DNA from: Psammoneis japonica
Taxonomy: Eukaryota
Assembly: GCA_008632985.1 (NCBI GenBank)
Contig: QPGO01000020.1
Coordinates: 186,001-250,000 of the forward strand
DNA length: 64,000 bases
Direction of reading: 5' to 3'
How positions within the stretch are numbered: the first letter of the stretch is position 1; every line of letters begins with the position of its first letter. The notes under the pieces are model-generated. The model was not told where the DNA came from and searched no databases. It was given only the letters and a program-made list of their open reading frames with translations. Position numbers and translations under genes: made by a program. This document shows positions 26,065 to 35,382 of the stretch, piece after piece.

Positions 26065-26079
26065 GCAAGACTGTTAATC
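26065..26079 (-). promoter_or_regulatory. Putative primer-binding site complementary to a tRNA-Asn(GTT) anticodon arm
   Basis: The plus strand next to the 5' LTR reads GCAAGA-CTGTTAA-TC, the pattern of an anticodon stem with a CT-GTT-AA loop; no TGG (CCA-complement) follows the LTR. Confidence 0.55.
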
Positions 26080-26355
26080 TGACAGAAAATGAAGGCAAAT
26101 GGCAAGAATTCAAACAATAACTCCTTACTGCTGTCTAAATAGCAGATGAGTCTCCGCTCAGAGACCGTTACAGGAGCCGAAAGACGTGTGAGTCGGTATA
26201 ATCGGGCTACTGTTGTTATTCTTGTGAGCCTTGTGGCTCGAAAGCAAACTACATCGCGCGTGAACGCGCGGAACTAAAGCACACAAAACTGTGCGCGGTA
26301 AACTAAACAGCGCGCGACACTTCGCGCGCATCCAAATCCTGTTCAAATCCTGTCA
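26080..26355 (-). repeat. 5' LTR of the copia element
   Basis: Direct repeat of 19242-19517, followed by the TSD GAGTT. Confidence 0.97.
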
Positions 26356-29300
26356 GAGTTCCTGAGGAGCCGCGAGCAGTTGGACATCGGATCCTGTGAA
26401 CATGCCAGCTCCAACCAAATTGATTCAGAGCATGGCTTGCATTGTTCATGTTGTCTGCAAAGAGGTGTTTTCAAGTGGTCAACACTTCCAAGATCAGGAT
26501 CAAACTGCAGAAAATGCTGCCAGTGACAATTGAATGACAACAGCTGGCCAGAGCCCTTCTGTTGGACACCCATTTTCATTGTTTTGCATGCACGGAATGA
26601 TGCGCAATTTGTCAGCTGTCAACAATGTGGGTTGAACACTGTGCAGCATTCCAGGAAGCATCTGCTGCACAGAAGGACATTGAACATGAGCAACAGCAAG
26701 AACCAACAAAGACAATCAGCGCCATTTTTAAACCTGAAAGGTGGGTTTGATCCAGGACTTGGTGAGTGTGCAGGCAGCTCTCTCTGCCAGGCTCCAAGCA
26801 CTGGAAATCATCGCTGCAATGATGAGAACGGCTTTGTCAAAGAGCAGTGTCATAAAGTGCTGTGTCTCAAGAGTCTTGTCAACTGACGCATTGTGCAAAG
26901 CTTGCTTGAGTGCCTTTCAGAAACATGTCGCCAAGCTCACTTCCCTTCACCACAACAGATTGAACCAGCAGACTGCAGCACACAGAGAAAACACTCATGT
27001 GAGCCACACAGGCAACAACTTGAACAAAGGCAGAGATCCGACAAATGCTGGAAGGAAAAAACAAATGAAAGTGTTCCTGACAAGTGTTTAAAATGTGGAC
27101 AGAATGAGCCACACAGGCGACTTAAATTGAGCAAAAAAGATTCATTTCTGCTAAAAAACAAAATTGGCAATTGTGTGTGTTGAAGATCTGTGGATGCAAG
27201 CAGCACGCATGTGAACAATTTCAATCATTGACAAGTTGCACTCTCTTGTCAAGTGCAGAAACTTGTTGTGGACAAATCAAGTGCAAGTCAAAATGTCAAG
27301 AACAAGCAGTTGATCCAGATGAGCAAACTTTCAAGAGTTGTGCAGAGCCTCAGTCTGTGATGGCTCTCTGCCCTTTGCAGCTGGAGCTGCCCAGCTGGGC
27401 TGGCAAAAACTCTGAACAGATTTGTCAGTGCTGCTGGCAGGCACTTGGTTGCCTTCTGAGACAGCTCTGCCAGAACTTCTTGTGGCACACGCACACACCT
27501 CTGGGGGCTGAAAGGCACCCACTGCTGGTCTGAGAGAGCAGGTCTTCTTGTGAAGTGTTGCAAGGCATGCATGTTGACGGAGCTCTGGCAACCTCCATTG
27601 GAGAGATGTGCCACCCAAGTGGCAGCTGTGGTGGGCTTTGTTTGCACAATCTGGTCACTGCTTGCACCTGCCACCTCTGTCATGACTCTGCAGCAAAACA
27701 GTGCAGGAACAGAGTGCGTGTGTCTGCTCTCTTCACACAACTTTGGCTTTGCTCAAAGTGCGCACATTTGCAGTCAGAGCACCCTCCTTGTCATTGCACT
27801 GTTTCTGTGCACATGTGTCACACTTGAGAACAAGCTGACTGTGATGAAAAATCTGCTCAAATCTGAGCCACATTGCCCCTGCCTTCTCCTCAACTTGAAA
27901 CTTGAGCCATCACCCAAGCACAACCTGTGCACTGCTTTGCCCCAGCTCCTCCTCCAATCCTGCACTTTTGTGCGCACACTTCTTTCCACCAAACTGACCC
28001 AACAAAGGACAAAGATGATGGTGCATTGGTGTGCTGGGTGTGTGCAGCAACATGAGGAGAGTGCAGCAGAGCATGACACTTGTTTGAGCAGGGGGGCAAT
28101 GGAGCACCATCAAATGAAGCATCTGTGCAGCTGGAGGAAAGCTCTCTGTCATCTCCACTCCCTTGTTTGCACTCTTAACATCATCTTGCCACCTCCTCCT
28201 CCTCCTCCTCCTCCTCAGAGGTTTTGGCTTTGTTGCTCAGTCAGCTTGAGCCATTGGGAACTCATGGGCTCTTGTGCTGTGCTCTTGTGCTTCAACATCT
28301 TGCCCCACTGTGACCTCCTCTTCTCCCCCAAACACAATGTGGTGCTCCCCTCATCATCTGAGCTGAGCTCCCTTTTCTTCACCTCAGCATCTCCCAAGTT
28401 GTTGAGCTGCTGTCATTGTGAACATTTGTGCATCATTTGCAATTTTTGAATTGCTCGCTTCTTTGTGTGTGTGCCTCATTTTTGGCAGGCACCTGCTGCT
28501 GAGCTGCTGTCTCCAGAGAGATGACCCACTGCAGGCATTGCACAGGGGTGCCTCTGCATTGCCTCTGGGATTGTTGGCTTCAATGCTTTGCAGATCTCCT
28601 GCCCATGTGACAGTGCATGATGTGTTTTTGTTGACCACTCATTGTGTGACAACAAGAAATCAGCAAATGCCTGCCACAGACACACTCCTGAAGAACATTG
28701 CACATTTTTCATCTGCCCAAAGAACATTTCTGCATGACTTCCACATGCACCCATGGCTTCTGCACAGTTTTCAGTGCAAAAAATCACAACTTGGCACTCA
28801 CACATGATGATGGAAACCTTCCACCAAGCAGGAGCAAACACAGCACTTTTGTTCAAAAAGAAATTGCACAAGGCACACAAACCCAAGATCTGGAAAGAAT
28901 CTCTAAACATGTGGGCTTGTTGCCATCCCACAGGAAGCTGGTTGACAGGCGAGACAGTGAAGATTGCCTTGGCTCTTTCCTTGTTCTAAAAATGACAATT
29001 GAGTGCAAAGAGGCAAAACTGGCAAGACAGTCTTCACATTGACTTGAAACCACTCAAGGAGTGTGGAATTGGGGCAACAAAGTGGACAAGGGCCATGGTT
29101 CAGCAAAGCAGCAGTGGCATTGATGCTGATGGGAGCATTTGACAGAAAGTGCACAATTTCAAGAGATGCAGCCACTCTTGTGAAACAAAATGCCAAAACA
29201 ATCTGGCCTCTTGAACAGAGCTCAAGAAATGCAACAACCGGTGGTTTTGAGCTGCTGCTTTTGCCACTGATTTTCTGACAGTTGCTTGGGTTTGACAGCA

Positions 29301-31693
29301 ACACTCACAAACTGATCTGAGCACAAAAGCAAGGAGCCATCAGCATGACAGCAGCTTGTTGAGCTGTGATGGGGAGCAGACAGGAGAGGATCTGCAAGGT
29401 GCCAGTCAGATGATTCATGGACAGTTTTTCCAACGGCACTTGCCAGAGTCAAAGCCAGCAACAAACTGCAACATTGACAAAGCCTTTGTGCCCCTCTTTT
29501 GTTTCCACATGCATGGCAACAGCACCCAGAGCCATCCACAACACATGGACATTTTCAGTTGATTGCTGGCCTGCCAGCCCCAAACTAGACAGCAAGGTGC
29601 TGCACCTGGGCACCTTCAAAAGTTGCAGCTGCCTGTGTCTTGTCTGTTCACAAAAATGACAGAAAAGATGGAGCAACAACATGGGTGAGAAGAGTGAAAG
29701 TGTGCCCAAATCAACAAAACAGTCAATTGAGGGTCACATCTCCATGTGGTTGTGCACAGGCCATTCTGCCCAAAACATGTGAGTGACCCAAACACACCTT
29801 GAAGCCAACACAACAAACCTGGTGCCACACTGCTCACTGATCATGCTCCCATTTCAATGACACAAACCTGTCTCAGGGGTTAGAAGTGCAGAGCAAAGAA
29901 GACAAAGCAAATGAAACACTGCCAAATGACAACAACAACATCATCAGCACACAGCATGATGCCAGCTCAGCAGTCATTGATGTGTTTGTCCAGAGTCACT
30001 GCATCTGTTGTGAAACAATGAACACACATTTGACAGCAAAATGGAGACAACATTGTGGATGTCTCACCTGTTGCAAAGATGAGGTGACAACAGCAGAAGC
30101 AATGCAAAAGTGCCATGGCTGCTGCTGCAGCAATTTTGTGCAGAGCACAGTGCAAAAAATGGCGCCTTTGTGTCACACCACATTTTCCAGTTTTCATTCT
30201 TTGGGCAGGTTGGCTCAGTGTGTCAAATGTGTGATGATCCATGGGAGATTTTTTTCTCCCCCTTCTCACACAAATTGCAGAGCTGCTGAGAGGAGCACTG
30301 TCTTTCAATGACTTTGGCATCATTTTTGGGTCTGCTGCCATCACAGAACAGCTCATGTCTGCTGAAGAATTTTTCTTTTTTCTGACAATTTTTTGCACAC
30401 TCATGAATTGTCAGTTCTGCTGTCATTTTTCATGAGTGTGTCAGCAAATGTGTGTCCAGTTTTTTTCATTTTTCTGATGATTTTCATGTGCTCAAAATTG
30501 TCAGTTTTGTTTTCATCCATGCACGGGCATTGCCACACACACATCCCAAGCCTTTCATTTTTCCAGTGATTCTGATGGAGTTGAAAATGAAAAACAAATG
30601 CTGCAATGATGCAACAAGGAGGCAGTGATGACAAACCTTCTGCAGGCCCCACCTTCCTTGCTGCCTCCCCTTGCCAGCCCATGTTTTCTTTGCTCACTCT
30701 TCTGTGCCCACCTGGCCAACTGCCTGTCATCTTTCCAGCTCACCTTCTCTCTCTCTCTTCTGTAAGCTGCATGTCCTCACCACCACCCCCTGGACCTTCA
30801 CTCAATGCTCTCTGTGTCTGTGTGGTTGCCACACTGCCCTCTTGATCCTTTTGGCAACCATGCCTTTTTGTGCACCAAGATGCGCACAACAAAAGCCCCC
30901 TGTCCAGGCATGCAAGAGAGAGAGAGAGAGAGAGAGAGAGGCGCCATCTGAGCCCCCCCCCTTCTTGCATGTCTTCTTGCTCAAACCAACAGGCTTTTTC
31001 TCCCACTGCCCTTTGGGGCATCCTGCTGATGTTGGCACATGACATGTCCCCAGATCCACCCCTCTTTGTGCCCCTTCTGCGCACCATTTTCTTGCCATTG
31101 CTGCTGCTGTGCCTTGACTCTTCTTCATCCTCTGTGTCTCATTTGCCTGCCCCAAAACGACCTCCTTGCCAATGCTCAAATCAGCTGTGCCCAGGAGGAC
31201 AAGCTCCTTGGGTGCGACACACCAGCCTCCTCACATGGCTCCTCCATCGTCATCGCCTCTTTCAGCCAAGCCAGCCCCCCCCCCCCCCCTCCCCTTTGCA
31301 GTTGACCACATTCTTGGGGGCATCGGGTGCCATTTTCATGTGTTCTCCCACTTGGGGCATCCAAAGTTTTCTCGCCTCCTCCACCTGGGCTGCTCCTCTC
31401 CTGTCCCCCTCCTGAACCTCCCTGGACTGACTCTTTTGACACCATTCTGGCTCTTCACGGCCCACCAAGCCTCCCTTTTCGCTTCTCGCTCCCCCCAGAT
31501 CTCCTCAGCCTCAATCTTGGTGTTGCCCTCTCTGATCATCTCTCTTCCCTCACATCTCGCCTCTGCCGCATGATGCAGCAAAGACGACTCCTTCCCCCCT
31601 TCTGTCCGCACTTCCCATGCCCGCTTCGCCGCGCCCGCTGCGCGATCACGCATGTTGGCTTGACATGGAGTTGAAAGTTGGAACACAGTATGG

Positions 31694-31880
31694 AAACGCC
31701 ATGAGCAGTCCAAGCAAAGAGGTTTTTCTCGCCCCGTTCAATCCAACCTGCGAGCACGCTCAGGACGTTGCCCTCGGCTTTCTAAAATTGACTGGCAAAG
31801 ACGTTTTGTTTGATTTGGGTTGTGGTGACGGTCGTTTACTTGTGAAAGCAATTAGGCAAAGCCCTGTTGGTCTACGTTAA
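31694..31880 (+). pseudogene. 3'-truncated duplicate of the methyltransferase gene at 40002
   Basis: 31694-31878 matches 39995-40179 with one mismatch (DLG versus DMG codon), then hits TAA at a junction. Confidence 0.92.
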
Positions 31881-33135
31881 ATCTCTTCGCCGATAAAACC
31901 GGCCGTGAGGCAATCGCTAGCGGTCGACTTTCGGGCCTTGACTTGATTTTGAAGATCACCACAAGTCACCGGAAAACCACTATCCACACGCACAAGTGTG
32001 TCCTCCTGGGACTCGTCGATTAAACTTCCGTCCGGGCAGCGAGTATCACAAAAGTTTTCACAGCCGCAATCGGTCGCAAATTTCTGGAATTCCTCTTCGC
32101 ATCGACTGGAATTAAACACCGCTCGTGCCGCCGACTCTAACTCTCCACAGTTCATGCCAGGCTCGGACAAGAAAAAGTCGGGAGCCGTTACGGGGCTGCC
32201 ATCGGGGCACACAGTGCATGGGGTCTTAAGCGGGATAGGCGTAGTTGCGTTGGCACAACCACATTCTGCAGCAAAGGCTTGAAATACTTGTTCGCACTGA
32301 ACAGAATCAAATACATTCGTTGCCGCCGACTCTAGCTCTCCACACGTCAAACCCGATTCGGACAAGAAAAAGTCTGGCGTGGATACGGAGTTGCCGTCGG
32401 GACACACTGTACACGCAAAACGGGTGGGAGGTGCAGTGACAGGCACCGGTACAGCTGATGGCATCAATGCAGTCGGAGGAAGCTCCACTGTAAATGGAAC
32501 TAGGGTTGGTGACGATTGCGGAACACCTCTTGTAATAAGGTTCTGAGCAATACCTACATCATTTCCGAAATAAATCTCGTAAAAGCCGCCAATCAATCCA
32601 TCCCCGCCGGCATCCGTAATATTATAGACACATTCACTTCCCGCAACAAGCTCGACGGCGATTTCCAGCCGAAAGCTTGGAATCAATACACCAATTGGTA
32701 AAAATGCATAAGATCCTTCTGGAACAGCCTGGATTTCAACTCCGTCACATTCTAGCCTCCATCCAGTCTCTTGAGGGGCTGTGTCGAGCTGTACGACCAA
32801 CGTGACAAAGCTCAAGGCGGTAGGAGCCGGACTCGAGGTCGGCGACATTGTATCCACAGGATTACCGCCATCACCGCTGGACCTGGTTCCAATGACTACA
32901 CCCACGATAATTCCAACCAAAGCCACGACCAAACATATCAATGTAAGTACAATGGATCTCCGTTTGTACCATGGCTTGTACTCGACAGCCTTGGCCGCCA
33001 CACGGGGTGGAAGATCCTCGTCACTCTGTGGCTGTACTCCTTCTCAACCATCTGCTCCTCGTTGCCCAGTATTATTGGCTTCCTCGTCCTCATCCACCAA
33101 GAATGCAACATGTGGGATTTGCACGTGTCCTGCAT
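31877..33135 (-). pseudogene. Single-pass membrane protein with Cys-rich extracellular repeats; premature stop and truncated 3' end
   Basis: KPWYKRR followed by a hydrophobic helix, PTxxP linkers and repeated CTVCPDG...CGELE...CGC modules. An in-frame TGA near 33046 interrupts the upstream acidic region, and the ORF ends exactly at the 31878 junction. Confidence 0.65.
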
Positions 33136-33498
33136 GTTTGCAAGCGGATAACAAGATGTTGTGGATTGATTTCAATCAAAAAAGTTACATGTTACAATGA
33201 ACGGCTGCATCAAGTTTCGAGAGTGATGACGTCGCATGACGTTATTTTTTACACAGTGTTGTGGTAAAGAATGTACGCATGACGTGAACATACCAGACCT
33301 ACGGCTCTAGTGTCCCCCCTGACTCATGTACATACAGTAGTGTAAATAAAACGCAAGTTGAGCCGACAGCCCAACGGTTTTTTTTTTTCAAACTCAAACC
33401 GCCGGATCAAAAACCAACGGCGAGGCGTACCACCAAAACCGCACAATCGTCACAAACGACAACGACAAAGCAAAGAAGAGAGACTTCGATACAAAAGC

Positions 33499-34662
33499 AT
33501 GATGCATAACATGGTGCACAAGATGATTTTCAGCTGGCTGTGGCCTGCCTTGTCCTGGGTGGCTCAGGCAATCATGGCTCCGTTGACGTTGAAAATGAGG
33601 GAGAGCGAGATGGGCACCATCGGAGTTAGATTTGACTTTGCAGATTTTGCAAATCGTCCACACAATCGTGGTAAGAGGTTCTTTTCTTCATTCCGTTCAA
33701 TCCAAGGATGTGTTTGGCGTTTGAAAGTCTTCCCCGGGGGCAGCAACCAGTCCGCAACAGACCCGGAATACGTTAGCATTTATTTGGATCGCGTCGACAC
33801 CGGCCGCGACCCGGTCAATGCACGAATCACTTTTCGAACCGGGGATCTTACCAACAGTTTCCGTCACAGCTTCAGCGGGTACGATAGTTTTGGACTTCCG
33901 AATTTTGGAACTCGTGCTTTTGTTCTTGATCCAGAGAACAAGTGCATCCAGAACGGCGTTTTCAAAGTGTACGTTGACTTTGAATTTGACAGGTTTTGGT
34001 GTCCCTCTGACACCCTCAAGGAGGACATCATTGGTGTGTTTGACAACAAGGCCTTGGCTGATGTAACGTTCTTGGTGGACAGGGAATCTTTCAGAGCTCA
34101 CAAATTGATTCTCGCTGCTCGGGCGCCCGGGCTTTATGAAATTGCGGCAGAGTTTCAACCCGGTGCGAAGATCGAAATTCCCAATGTCGACCCATCAATC
34201 TTTGGGGCGTTTCTGGGCTTCTTGCACTCAGACGAGCTCCCACAGGACATGAATGTCGAAACCGCCATGGGACTGCTCGAAGTGGCTGACAAGTACAACA
34301 GCTCTAACCTGAAGTTCAAGGTGGAGTCCAAACTCGCAGCAACCAAAATTCCTGATGACAAGGTATTGGATATGCTTGTTTTTGCAGACAGCAAGAACTG
34401 TCCTCTCCTCAAGGAGGCAGCCATGGACCACTTTGTTTCCAACAAGCAGGCCGTAATGAAATCTCATGCATTTCAGTCCTTGGAGTCACCTGACTTGTTC
34501 CGGGAGTTAATGGTGGCATTTACAAGCCCAAGGACGTATGCTGAAGACATTCCAGAAAATATGAGGGTTGGCACTCTGCGAAGAGAGCTTCACGAGGCGG
34601 GGCTCGACGTGGATGGCTCTCGTGAAACGCTGATCAAGCGTCTCAAGACAAGCACCAACTAG
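33499..34662 (+). CDS. MATH-BTB/POZ (SPOP-like) protein with C-terminal SAP-like motif; start codon uncertain
   Basis: WRLKVFPGG...YVSIYL (MATH), ADVTFLV..FRAHKLILAARAP (BTB), and LRRELHEAGLDVDGSRETLIKRL. Confidence 0.9.
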   Translation: MMHNMVHKMIFSWLWPALSWVAQAIMAPLTLKMRESEMGTIGVRFDFADFANRPHNRGKRFFSSFRSIQGCVWRLKVFPGGSNQSATDPEYVSIYLDRVDTGRDPVNARITFRTGDLTNSFRHSFSGYDSFGLPNFGTRAFVLDPENKCIQNGVFKVYVDFEFDRFWCPSDTLKEDIIGVFDNKALADVTFLVDRESFRAHKLILAARAPGLYEIAAEFQPGAKIEIPNVDPSIFGAFLGFLHSDELPQDMNVETAMGLLEVADKYNSSNLKFKVESKLAATKIPDDKVLDMLVFADSKNCPLLKEAAMDHFVSNKQAVMKSHAFQSLESPDLFRELMVAFTSPRTYAEDIPENMRVGTLRRELHEAGLDVDGSRETLIKRLKTSTN

Positions 34663-35034
34663 CTCCATTACCGTGATGCCGCAGCTCCAGCTAGAGATAT
34701 GCTGGCTGCTGGGGCTATGATGGGGACTGTTTGTACCAACATCCGTGCGCTTTTATTTTTCGTTGCAAGTTTTTGCATGCTTCAATGCAAGATATTTTAC
34801 AGCTATCTGGACCGGGCTGGACTCGGGTCAGTGAGTTTACAACAACGAACCGCCACTTGTGTCGGCATTGGTAGAAAAGACTGCAAAATTGATACTCAGT
34901 AGTACTTTTATATACCCAAGCCACACAGTAGGAATATTCCATGCATTCGCACTCTCTAGCTAGTAGACGACAACAGATGAAAACAATAACACGTAAATTA
35001 GTCATTTCAACCTAATACCGAGAAACCAAAAGCC

Positions 35035-35178
35035 TATAACCAGGATGGAGAGAATATTGACAGCATGAGCGTCGGTATCTTGTGCGAACAGCTCAGTGAG
35101 GCGGGTTCCGACGTTGACGGTTCCCGCGAAACGCTTGTTCAGCGTCTCAAGGAGCTTCGTGAAAATATCTCTGGATAG
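35035..35178 (+). pseudogene. Isolated 3' fragment of a BTB-SAP paralogue
   Basis: Translates as NIDSMSVGILCEQLSEAGSDVDGSRETLVQRLKELRENISG*, similar to the end of the 33499-34662 protein. Confidence 0.7.
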
Positions 35179-35382
35179 GGCTCGCTCGCGCCTCGAAGCA
35201 CTGACTATCCAAGTCTCCGACAGCATTTCAAGTGGTGAACAGCTCCGTACTATATTGGCATTGAGTACGAGCAGTTGTGCATATGAGTCACTCATTTTGG
35301 AGTACTATGCTGAACAGAATTAGTAACGACATCTAAACCACTTACTCTAACTCTCAATAGCGCCTTCGCGACTAAACACGCG

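Larger units (their letters stand above)
19242..26355 (-). mobile_element. Full-length Ty1/copia LTR retrotransposon (diatom CoDi-like), about 7.1 kb
   Basis: Two 276-bp TG...CA LTRs, a 5-bp target-site duplication GAGTT (19237-19241 and 26356-26360), a PPT, and gag-PR-IN-RT-RH domain order. Confidence 0.97.
10380..31600. other. TpA-depleted (and, outside the copia element, CpG-depleted) hypermutated repeat block
   Basis: By eye only one TA (ctttaaag, about 11565) occurs between about 10545 and 13190; TG/CA are strongly enriched; ORFs are Cys/His/Gln-rich and almost Tyr-free. Confidence 0.92.

Noticed and set aside
19242..26355. Classical fungal RIP, or ADAR/APOBEC editing during retrotransposition, as the explanation
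   Set aside because: RIP creates TA rather than removing it, and conserved Tyr codons show TA is ancestral. Editing of RNA or cDNA would be strand-biased, whereas both TA->TG and TA->CA occur, and a non-retroelement relic is also affected.
10337..31674. Dozens of Cys/His/Gln-rich short ORFs that might be read as zinc-finger or metallothionein genes
   Set aside because: Their composition follows from TG/CA excess and stop-codon depletion; they occur in all six frames and have no coherent domains.
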